Below, piece by piece: positions 1-7,003 of a stretch of DNA of 10,089 nucleotides. The stretch is from Nitrososphaerota archaeon (lineage in GTDB: Archaea > Thermoproteota > Nitrososphaeria > Nitrososphaerales > UBA57). The position numbers and the translations under genes were made by a program. The notes beneath the pieces are model-generated. The model did not search any database, was not told where the DNA came from, and was given only the letters and a program-made list of their open reading frames with translations. The DNA is taken from positions 1-10,089 of the forward strand of contig JACAFS010000036.1 of the NCBI GenBank assembly GCA_013378385.1, in the 5' to 3' direction. Numbering within the stretch: position 1 is the stretch's first letter; the number at the start of each line of letters is the position of its first letter.

Positions 1-57
1 ATCTTGGACATTCAAGGATTTTCTTGATAGTCCTTCTTCTGTTCTTACGTATGGCAT
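1..57 (-). CDS. 5' end (first 19 codons) of an unidentified gene running off the left edge
   Basis: Minus-strand ATG at 57..55, then an open frame MPYVRTEEGLSRKSLNVQD to position 1. TATA-like CTTTATATG (plus coords 80-88) lies ~27 nt upstream, the same spacing as other genes here. Too short to assign a product; absent from the ORF track because it is truncated. Confidence 0.3.
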   Translation of the reverse strand, partial: MPYVRTEEGLSRKSLNVQD

Positions 58-79
58 AATATATGTAAAAAACTAGCTA

Positions 80-88
80 CATATAAAG
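80..88 (-). promoter_or_regulatory. TATA-like box for the truncated left-edge gene
   Basis: Minus-strand CTTTATATG centred ~27 nt upstream of the ATG at 57. Confidence 0.3.
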
Positions 89-95
89 AATAAGC

Positions 96-101
96 AAAAA
101 A
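96..101 (-). terminator. Oligo-T tract (T6 on minus strand) downstream of the 86-aa ORF
   Basis: A6 on the plus strand at 96-101 is T6 on the coding strand, ~54 nt after the TAA at 155-157. Archaeal termination commonly uses oligo-T runs. Weak evidence in an AT-rich genome. Confidence 0.2.
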
Positions 102-154
102 TTATGAACATTCATTCAATATTAATTTAACATTCTAGACGTATATATAATAAT

Positions 155-415
155 TTATCTTTTTGTTATCTTTTTGAGCGGCGTTTGCCTATTCCAAGCT
201 AATCCTCTCTTGTATCTGTATATGTCATTTTTAAGATATTGGACGTCCTCTGTTGTTTCTTTTATTTTCTTTTCTAAACGTCGTTTTCCAAAAAACCCGT
301 TTTCCGTGAGAATCTCTTTCTTTAGACTAGCTAGTTCCTTCTTCTTTTGCTTTAATAGCTCTCCAGCTCTTTCTTCATAGGGACTTAACATTACCATTAC
401 CATATTGTGATGCAT
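155..415 (-). CDS. Small basic, predicted coiled-coil protein of unknown function (up to 86 aa; start ambiguous)
   Basis: Only long ORF in the 58-476 gap; Lys/Glu-rich heptad-like sequence (ELLKQKKKELASLKKEI, RRLEKKIKETTEDVQYLKNDIYRYKR). Four in-frame ATGs in the first 9 codons (415, 403, 397, 391). Divergent from priL. No family recognised. Confidence 0.5.
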   Translation of the reverse strand: MHHNMVMVMLSPYEERAGELLKQKKKELASLKKEILTENGFFGKRRLEKKIKETTEDVQYLKNDIYRYKRGLAWNRQTPLKKITKR

Positions 416-446
416 TAGTCTTTTTTAAGATATCTATTTTATTGAA

Positions 447-456
447 TTATTATAAG
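447..456 (+). promoter_or_regulatory. TATA-like box upstream of priL
   Basis: TTATTATAAG centred ~25 nt upstream of the ATG at 477; no SD-like purine run, consistent with a leaderless mRNA. Confidence 0.35.
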
Positions 457-476
457 AAACCAAGTCCTATAACTCT

Positions 477-1550
477 ATGATAACTATATTGAATTATATT
501 ATCGGCGAAGATGACGAATCAAAGTATCCATTTCTACCGGAAGTAGGAAAACAAATGTCTGGATATAATATTCAAGACTTTCTCAATTCCGACTTACCGA
601 TTCTTGAAAATGCAAAAGATCGCATCATTTATGGTCTTAAAAACGGAACATCCCCAGAATTCAACGAAACCATCGAAATGAAAACCATTGCAAAATTCTC
701 TTTTCCAATTTCTATGTTGATTATCAAGTCTACTAATCAAAATTATCTCATCTCAAGATTTGCTTTGGCAGAATCACGTCGTGTTGAAGAACTATTACAC
801 AAAGAAAATCCTGATGTTATACCACAAATTTTCAAAACCATTTTAAACATACAACTTAGTCAAAGCAAAGACGTTACTGACAAATCAAATATAAACTCAG
901 ATTTTCTCACTAAGAACCGATTCAAATACAGAATAAATTTAAGCGATTATCTATCTCGTTCAATATCTCTACCGAAAAACCAATGGAGGCTTGTTAACAG
1001 ATCAGTTTCAGGCGGCTACGTATTTCTTACGCAAGATGAATTGATTGCATTGCTTAGGGAAGAAATTTATCAAATGATTCGCTCAAAGATTGACGATTTA
1101 AAAATTCCTCCTGAATTATTGGAGGAAGCAGCATTGAAATCGACTCTTGAGCAGATATTGAAGGTAGCTCCAAGGCCTCCCAAGGCTAAAATACGCGTAT
1201 TTTCTGGCGAATATCCTCCGTGCGTAGCCAAGGCCATTGAGATGATTCAAAAGGGCGACCAAGTTCCTCACTCAGGTAAATTCCTTATGACTACTTTTCT
1301 TCTACGTGCAGGAAAAACAGTTGATGAAATTATAGACATGTATCCAACAAGTCTTGGTTTTAACCAGAACATAACACGATATCAAGTCGAACATATTGCA
1401 GGCTTAAAGGGTGGCGGTACAAAATACGAAGTGCCGAGCTGCAGCACAATGAAGATGAAAGATTTCTGCTACAAAACCGATGCATGTGGCACAATAAAAA
1501 ATCCCTTGCAATTTAACGGCAAAACACAGGTGAAAAAACATGGAAGATAA
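477..1550 (+). CDS. priL: DNA primase large (regulatory) subunit PriL
   Basis: 357 aa. N-terminal KYPFLPEV...LPILENAKDRI and C-terminal YPPCVAKAIE ... YEVPSCSTMKMKDFCYKTDACGTIKNPLQF match archaeal PriL, including the four-Cys 4Fe-4S domain. 11-nt overlap with priS. Confidence 0.92.
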   Translation: MITILNYIIGEDDESKYPFLPEVGKQMSGYNIQDFLNSDLPILENAKDRIIYGLKNGTSPEFNETIEMKTIAKFSFPISMLIIKSTNQNYLISRFALAESRRVEELLHKENPDVIPQIFKTILNIQLSQSKDVTDKSNINSDFLTKNRFKYRINLSDYLSRSISLPKNQWRLVNRSVSGGYVFLTQDELIALLREEIYQMIRSKIDDLKIPPELLEEAALKSTLEQILKVAPRPPKAKIRVFSGEYPPCVAKAIEMIQKGDQVPHSGKFLMTTFLLRAGKTVDEIIDMYPTSLGFNQNITRYQVEHIAGLKGGGTKYEVPSCSTMKMKDFCYKTDACGTIKNPLQFNGKTQVKKHGR

Positions 1551-2694
1551 AACAGTTAATCTTCTAAAGAAAACATTCAGTGAATATTATAAACGAAATA
1601 AATCTCGTATATCCGAACCATCAAGATTCACTGAAAGGGAATTTGGGTACTGGCCTTTTGATGGATTCATGCAGCGACATATGGCAGTAGTGAAATTCTC
1701 CACATTTATTGACGAGCTAATATTAAATGCACCAAAGGGCGTGTACGCTTCTTGTTCATACTATGACGATCCTTCACTTCCTATGGAAGAAAAAGGATGG
1801 AATGGAGGAGATCTCGCATTTGATATTGACTGTGATGACTTGGAACTAAAATGTAAACGCGAACACGATAGATGGATATGTCGGGATTGTAAAAAAATTG
1901 GTATAGGTCTAAGACCAAAAGCATGCACTAAATGCAAAGAAAATAAAATCATTGTTCTTAACTGGTCATGTGTTATGTGTCTCGATGCAGCTAAAGAAGA
2001 AATCATAAAACTAAATGATATCCTTATGGACGACTTTGGAATTAACAAAAAAGAAATTTCAATATTCTTTTCTGGAAACAAAGGCTACCACTTGACCGTG
2101 GAAAGTTCAGTATACGAAAAATTGGATAAGCATGAACGAAGAGAGATTGTTAATTATGTTCTAGCCAAAGAACTCGATCTAAAGTATATGGGATTCGATA
2201 AAAAAACATCATTTAACGACCTAATTTCACGCTTGCCTCAATCTAACGAACCTGGTTGGCGAGGAAGACTGATGGAATTCTTCGAAAACTATGAAGACAG
2301 TTCTCTGAAAAACTTTAACAAAACCGAGAAAGTTGCAAAAATCTATAACTCTAAAACTATAAAATTCAATTCACTTTTTGAAGAGGGAATAAAAAACGTT
2401 CGTTCTACTATAGATCCATTAGTAACTTCCGACACCTCAAGAATCTTTCGATTGCCAAACTCTTTACATGAAAAAAGCGGTTTGTGCAAAACTCTGTGCA
2501 ACAGTATAGATAGTTTTGATCCGTATACGCAATCAGTGGTATTGGACGACGAATTAATAAAAATTAATATTAATTTCTGTCCCAAATTCACGCTAAAAGG
2601 CATATCGTATGGTCCATATAAAAGCCAAACATTGTCATTGCCCAAATACGCGGCAATATATTTGATGTCAAATAAACTAGCACAGGTCGCCTAA
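1540..2694 (+). CDS. priS: DNA primase small (catalytic) subunit PriS
   Basis: 384 aa. Archaeo-eukaryotic primase motifs: acidic catalytic LAFDIDCDD, FSGNKGYH, SRIFRLPNSLHEKSG. Zn-knuckle insert WICRDC-x12-CTKC plus extra Cys (LKC, SCVMC). Confidence 0.92.
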   Translation: MEDKTVNLLKKTFSEYYKRNKSRISEPSRFTEREFGYWPFDGFMQRHMAVVKFSTFIDELILNAPKGVYASCSYYDDPSLPMEEKGWNGGDLAFDIDCDDLELKCKREHDRWICRDCKKIGIGLRPKACTKCKENKIIVLNWSCVMCLDAAKEEIIKLNDILMDDFGINKKEISIFFSGNKGYHLTVESSVYEKLDKHERREIVNYVLAKELDLKYMGFDKKTSFNDLISRLPQSNEPGWRGRLMEFFENYEDSSLKNFNKTEKVAKIYNSKTIKFNSLFEEGIKNVRSTIDPLVTSDTSRIFRLPNSLHEKSGLCKTLCNSIDSFDPYTQSVVLDDELIKININFCPKFTLKGISYGPYKSQTLSLPKYAAIYLMSNKLAQVA

Positions 2695-2721
2695 TACAAT
2701 TTCTTTTAAAAAATACACCCG

Positions 2722-2733
2722 CTATAGTTATAT
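2722..2733 (+). promoter_or_regulatory. TATA-like box upstream of the GINS gene
   Basis: CTATAGTTATAT centred ~32 nt upstream of the ATG at 2760. A second AT-rich candidate, TTTTAAAAAATA, lies at 2704-2715. Confidence 0.3.
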
Positions 2734-2759
2734 CTAATTCAGACATTAGAATAAATTAC

Positions 2760-3323
2760 ATGTCTTCTCAAGAATTAACAAAAAACCTCTATTCTATTTT
2801 GGAATCAGAACGAAAAACTAATGAACTTACTAATATTCCGGAAGATCTTTATTGCAACATTACCGATCATATTAGTTCAATTACTAATGAAGAAAACACC
2901 AGTTTGCAGAACATACAAGAGATGGTAAATAACAAAGAAAAAGAAATTCTGTCCAATCTATTACAAATCCTTCTTCGTATACGGCTCGCAAAAGCTCTTG
3001 GTGATCAAAATAACATCAATATTAACCTCCTCACCAATGAAGAAAAATATGTCCTAGAACCTCTGATTAATGCATCCAAAAGAAACGTCAAATTACTCAA
3101 AGCGATAAATGACGGTAGTTTGTCATTCCTTCATGGATTAGACAGACACGACGTAAATCAATATTTGGCAGTTAAATTCCGTGAGGATTCGCCATCTGCT
3201 GTTGGTATAGATTCTCGCACATATGGCCCATTCAAGCAAGGAGATATGGCAATATTGCCCACAGATAACGCTAAATTGCTTATTCAGCAGGAAAAAGTAG
3301 AAGAATTAAATATGGAACTTTGA
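2760..3323 (+). CDS. gins51: GINS complex subunit, Gins51/Gins15 type (A domain then B domain)
   Basis: 187 aa. Helical N-terminal part (LYSILESERKTNELTNIPEDLY ... LLQILLRIRLAKAL; LTNEEKYVLEPL). C-terminal beta-rich part VKFREDSPSAVGIDSRTYGPFKQGDMAILPTDNAKLLIQQEKVEEL fits the archaeal Gins51 pattern. Position next to priS matches the known archaeal gins-primase linkage. Confidence 0.68.
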   Translation: MSSQELTKNLYSILESERKTNELTNIPEDLYCNITDHISSITNEENTSLQNIQEMVNNKEKEILSNLLQILLRIRLAKALGDQNNININLLTNEEKYVLEPLINASKRNVKLLKAINDGSLSFLHGLDRHDVNQYLAVKFREDSPSAVGIDSRTYGPFKQGDMAILPTDNAKLLIQQEKVEELNMEL

Positions 3324-3340
3324 TAAACTATAAAAGTTCA

Positions 3341-3356
3341 AATAATATATTTTAAG
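3341..3356 (+). promoter_or_regulatory. TATA-like box upstream of rpl44e
   Basis: AATAATATATTTTAAG centred ~33 nt upstream of the ATG at 3382. Confidence 0.3.
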
Positions 3357-3381
3357 ATAATTCATTACTGATTTACTGACC

Positions 3382-3660
3382 ATGAAAATAGGAAAAGAAA
3401 CAAAACGACATTGTCCAAAATGCAACAAGCATACAGTTAATGCTATTTCTATCTACAAAGCAGGCAAACAAAGAGGAAGCTCATTGGGAGCCCGTAATCA
3501 CGAAAAAGATCGCAAGGGTTATGGCGGACAAAAATTCCCAGAACTCAAACGTACTGCGAAAACAACCAAGAAAATAACTCTGCGTTACAAATGCAAAGAA
3601 TGTAGTAAAGTGTGCATGGGTCGTGGATTTAGAATCCGAAAACTGGAGATAATAGCATGA
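3382..3660 (+). CDS. rpl44e: Large-subunit ribosomal protein L44e (eL42)
   Basis: 92 aa, highly basic, CPKC...CKEC zinc ribbon, KGYGGQ motif; typical length and sequence for archaeal L44e. ATGA overlap with rps27e. Confidence 0.95.
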   Translation: MKIGKETKRHCPKCNKHTVNAISIYKAGKQRGSSLGARNHEKDRKGYGGQKFPELKRTAKTTKKITLRYKCKECSKVCMGRGFRIRKLEIIA

Positions 3661-3854
3661 AAACTTCTAGAATACATATTCCAGAACCTCGTAGTTCATT
3701 TATCTCAATTCAATGTCCGGAATGCGGAACATCTCGTGTTGTATTTTCGGCTTCGACAAGTAAAATAAACTGCGAAAAATGTAATACTCTTCTTTTAGAA
3801 AATACTGGTGGTCATGCAAAAATCCACGGAACAAACGCTTCTCGAGTTGATTAA
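3657..3854 (+). CDS. rps27e: Small-subunit ribosomal protein S27e (eS27)
   Basis: 65 aa, FISIQCPECG...INCEKC zinc ribbon; the canonical partner downstream of L44e in archaea. Confidence 0.95.
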   Translation: MKTSRIHIPEPRSSFISIQCPECGTSRVVFSASTSKINCEKCNTLLLENTGGHAKIHGTNASRVD

Positions 3855-6017
3855 ATGTCTATAGTTGATTCCATAAAATCTATCAAGCTTGATTCTATAA
3901 GACCCGTAACATCAAGACAAACACTTGTAATTGTAATGACTTTGTCTATTATATTCTCTGCAGCACTTATGCTGAGAATCTTTCCTGTAAAATACGGTTA
4001 TTTTCTCAATGAATTCGATCCCTTCTTTGACTATTATGCATCAAAATTTATTGTTGACCATTTTGACGCAAGTGGAATTAGTGGTTTATTAGATTATTTT
4101 AGTTGGCATGATTACAGAACTTGGTATCCAGAAGGAAGACCTGTAGCTAGAACTTCTCAGGTCGGTCTTCACTTTGCTGGCGCCTTATTTTATATTTTAG
4201 CAAGGGATGTTTTTGGATTAACTAGTTCCCTATACGATTTCGTCGTCATCTTTCCGCCAATCGTTGGTGCGCTTAGTATAATTCCAGTCTACTTGATTGC
4301 ACGTCGTGTTACTTCTGAAGGAGGAGCACTTTTCGCCAGCTTGCTTATTGCATTCTCAACGTCAATAATCCAAAGAGGCAATCTTGGTTGGTTCAAATCT
4401 GAGCCTTTTGCGTTACTTCTTTCTCTATCCGGTAGCTATTTATTCCTAACAATGTTTGACCCCGATCGCTCACACCGTAATCTTGTGCTACGTGCTGTAT
4501 TGGCAGGAACACTTATGGGAATATCACTCACAGCATGGGGAGGATCCCAATTCTTTAACATTGTATTCGCTGTATTGATTCTTGTTATACCGTTCATCAA
4601 AGTTGACCAACAGAAAGCCGTTTTTACCACATCGATCTTCGTAGCATTATATATTATCACAGCTGCAATATCTCCAAGACCAGGAGCAGCTTTTATTCTT
4701 TCTCCAGCAGGTCTAGCATTATTAGGTTCACTCGCTTTTGCTATTCTTGCAAATGTTATCAGACATTATTCACATGCATTTGAATATGTTAATATTCTCA
4801 AGAATACAGTAATTGGACTGTTCTTTAGCGCAGTTGTAATTCTAAGTTTAGGATTCTTATCTGAAGTAAGTGGACGCTATCTTACTGTAATCATGCCATT
4901 TCGAAGAAGTGGAGTTCCGTTGGTCGAATCTGTAGCAGAACACTTTGTTCCAACTGGAGCGCAGTTCTTCCAAGAATATATGATTCTATTACCATTTGCC
5001 GTGTTTGGAGCTATGCAATTACTTAACAAACGTGACATTAGTTCTGTCTTCGTTCTCGTATTGGCAGCTTCGGGTGTTTACATATCTGGTTCATTCTCCC
5101 GTTTAATGATCTTCTCGTCCATTGCCATTGCTCTTCTTGCAGCAGTAGGGTTCATCACAGTTACATCAGCTATATTTCGTCCATTATTGACAGGCATTGG
5201 AAAACAAGCTACCGGTAAATCGGAAACCCGGACAGGACTGAAAATTATGTATTCACTCTTCATGATTGTAGTACTATGTTTCCCAGTTATTGCACCATCT
5301 TACGGATACAATTGGGTGCTATCCGCAGACATACCAACTAGTATTTCTAATTCGGGCAGTACGTTCAGAGGACACGATCCAAGTTTCCTTGAAGCACTTG
5401 CATGGATGGAATCTTCTACTCCAGAAGACTCTGTAATTGCTGCTTGGTGGGACTATGGATATTGGATTACTGTCATGGGCAATCGGACAAGCCTGGCGGA
5501 CAACGCAACAATTAATGGCACAAGAATCGAAGTTCTTGGTCAAATGTTTATGTCGCCGGAGGAGGAATCATTGGAAATTCTAGATTCACTTGACGCAGAT
5601 TATGTTTTAATATTCCTAGCAGGAACAAAAACCGGAAACCAACAATTTGGAGATCTATATCTTCTGGGCGGAGGCGGAGACGAAAGTAAGAAACAGTGGT
5701 TTATACGAATTGGAGGATTTGATGAAGCTCAATTTCTAGAGGCTGATGGATTTTCACCTAATGAGAATTTATGGGAGAATTCATTCCTTGGTCGACTTAT
5801 GCCATTTACATGGGAGCTCGCCATAGATGCCGAAAATAATGTCTATCAAGAATACGAATTCAATCCTGAAACAACTGATCTTTACAAATATCAGATGAAA
5901 TATCCTGCAGACGGAAATGGTCCTTTAAGACTAGCATTCGCATCATCAAGTTTGCAACCAGATGCGCCAGAAGGTCGTTTTAGTGGTGTATTGATTTACG
6001 AAATAGTAAAAGACTAG
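3855..6017 (+). CDS. aglB: Dolichyl-(mono/di)phosphooligosaccharide-protein glycosyltransferase AglB (STT3 homologue)
   Basis: 720 aa, ~13 N-terminal TM helices, early acidic loop NEFDPFFDYY. Catalytic WWDYGYW at nt 5445-5465 (W531-W537), followed by NRTSLADNATINGT. DK-type motif GDESKKQWFIRIGG (D609 at nt 5679). ATG directly abuts the rps27e TAA (TAAATG). Confidence 0.9.
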   Translation: MSIVDSIKSIKLDSIRPVTSRQTLVIVMTLSIIFSAALMLRIFPVKYGYFLNEFDPFFDYYASKFIVDHFDASGISGLLDYFSWHDYRTWYPEGRPVARTSQVGLHFAGALFYILARDVFGLTSSLYDFVVIFPPIVGALSIIPVYLIARRVTSEGGALFASLLIAFSTSIIQRGNLGWFKSEPFALLLSLSGSYLFLTMFDPDRSHRNLVLRAVLAGTLMGISLTAWGGSQFFNIVFAVLILVIPFIKVDQQKAVFTTSIFVALYIITAAISPRPGAAFILSPAGLALLGSLAFAILANVIRHYSHAFEYVNILKNTVIGLFFSAVVILSLGFLSEVSGRYLTVIMPFRRSGVPLVESVAEHFVPTGAQFFQEYMILLPFAVFGAMQLLNKRDISSVFVLVLAASGVYISGSFSRLMIFSSIAIALLAAVGFITVTSAIFRPLLTGIGKQATGKSETRTGLKIMYSLFMIVVLCFPVIAPSYGYNWVLSADIPTSISNSGSTFRGHDPSFLEALAWMESSTPEDSVIAAWWDYGYWITVMGNRTSLADNATINGTRIEVLGQMFMSPEEESLEILDSLDADYVLIFLAGTKTGNQQFGDLYLLGGGGDESKKQWFIRIGGFDEAQFLEADGFSPNENLWENSFLGRLMPFTWELAIDAENNVYQEYEFNPETTDLYKYQMKYPADGNGPLRLAFASSSLQPDAPEGRFSGVLIYEIVKD

Positions 6018-6169
6018 TCATATTTCTCAGCGATTCTCAACCTTGCATATTTATCATCAGGAGAGAATTTAGCTGGATGAGGAGACAAGGTCTTTTCATT
6101 ACATTTAGGGCATGTTTCCTGTAAGCTATACTCTGAACACTTTGGGCATTTCTTTAAAAGCTTTTTCAT
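6014..6169 (-). CDS. nop10: H/ACA RNP component Nop10 (51 aa), absent from the supplied ORF track
   Basis: Hand translation of the minus strand: MKKLLKKCPKCSEYSLQETCPKCNEKTLSPHPAKFSPDDKYARLRIAEKYD*. CPKC-x9-CPKC zinc ribbon plus HPAKFSPDD matches archaeal Nop10. Its ATG overlaps the aIF2alpha TAA (TAATG); its TAG overlaps the aglB TAG. Confidence 0.88.
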   Translation of the reverse strand: MKKLLKKCPKCSEYSLQETCPKCNEKTLSPHPAKFSPDDKYARLRIAEKYD

Positions 6170-6960
6170 TATGTCTGTTCCTTCGAGAATGAAAACGAAG
6201 CTTTCTTTCCCATAGACTTTTTTATCTTTTCCAAAGCAGATGTAAGATGCTTTTCTGCCGCTTTGTAATCCTCCGCGTACACAGTTATTTTATATTTAGG
6301 AGATCCTAGATATGATATCTCTAGTTTGTTTCGTGACCTGTTTGATAAAACTTCAGACATTGAATCCTTGATTAAATTAATTCCATTAGGATCATGTGTT
6401 GTAACTTGAATTATGCCTGTCACATACACCATGGGGATTGATATCTTGGTCTTTGAAATATTTACTAATTCCGTAGTTACTTCCTTCGGAATATCCAATT
6501 TATCAAATGTCTTCTCGCCATTTTTTATCAATTCCTCCAACCCAGAGTAAACCGTTCCAAATTGATCTTCCATCATGTCGAAATATTGATTCTTCTGATT
6601 CTCAGTAATCTTTAATCTTGTCTGCAACGAATCGAATATAGTTCTCGATTTATCGTATCTCTTTACAGACAATAGCTTCTGTTTTCTATCTTCTCCAGAA
6701 ACCTGTCTTAACGAAAGGTCTACTTCTGCTCTTGCAGAATCTATTCTGATGACCTTTAATACGACCTTCTGATTCACAGTAATAAATCTGGATATGTTCT
6801 TAACCCAACCTGTAGCAATCTCTGATACATGCAAAAACCCATACATGTTGTTGTATTCCTCTAAGACAACCTTCGCTCCATGACTAGACATGCTTGTAAC
6901 TAAAGCTAGGACCAATTCCCCTACTTCTGGCATATCTTGATTTTCTATCTCTTGTTTCAT
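6169..6960 (-). CDS. eif2a: Translation initiation factor aIF2 alpha subunit
   Basis: 263 aa. N-terminal S1/OB domain (PEVGELVLALVTSMSSHGAKVVLEEYNNMYGFLHVSEIATGWVKNISRFI...KVVLKVIRIDSARAEVDLSLRQVS), then helical and alpha-beta domains of typical length. Followed by nop10 as in most archaea. Confidence 0.9.
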   Translation of the reverse strand: MKQEIENQDMPEVGELVLALVTSMSSHGAKVVLEEYNNMYGFLHVSEIATGWVKNISRFITVNQKVVLKVIRIDSARAEVDLSLRQVSGEDRKQKLLSVKRYDKSRTIFDSLQTRLKITENQKNQYFDMMEDQFGTVYSGLEELIKNGEKTFDKLDIPKEVTTELVNISKTKISIPMVYVTGIIQVTTHDPNGINLIKDSMSEVLSNRSRNKLEISYLGSPKYKITVYAEDYKAAEKHLTSALEKIKKSMGKKASFSFSKEQT

Positions 6961-6986
6961 CTATAGAGAGATGTACTTATAGATTA

Positions 6987-6996
6987 GATATAAAAA
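6987..6996 (-). promoter_or_regulatory. TATA-like box upstream of aIF2alpha
   Basis: Minus-strand TTTTTATATC centred ~32 nt upstream of the ATG at 6960, inside the 43-nt gap after the upstream gene. Confidence 0.35.
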
Positions 6997-7003
6997 TTTC
7001 ATA

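Noticed and set aside
174-380. 68-aa plus-strand ORF antisense to the 86-aa minus-strand ORF
   Set aside because: Low-complexity Ser/Phe-rich translation typical of an antisense frame in AT-rich coding DNA. It has no promoter-like context. The minus-strand frame gives a more protein-like charged helical sequence. Neither frame has recognised homology, so this choice is only moderately secure.
1761-2645. Minus-strand ORFs 1761-2081 (106 aa) and 2343-2645 (100 aa)
   Set aside because: Both are entirely embedded antisense in priS, which has unambiguous primase motifs. Their translations are Ser/Phe/Ile-rich with no motifs.
3324-3381. Possible C/D-box sRNA (two CTGA motifs: ACTGATTTACTGAC)
   Set aside because: There is no C box (RUGAUGA) on either strand in this gap and no terminal stem. 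The region is better explained as the rpl44e promoter or 5' region.
4436-5543. Minus-strand ORFs 4436-4660, 5078-5263 and 5319-5543
   Set aside because: All lie antisense inside aglB (WWDYG-containing, 720 aa). They are short and unremarkable, with no independent start context.
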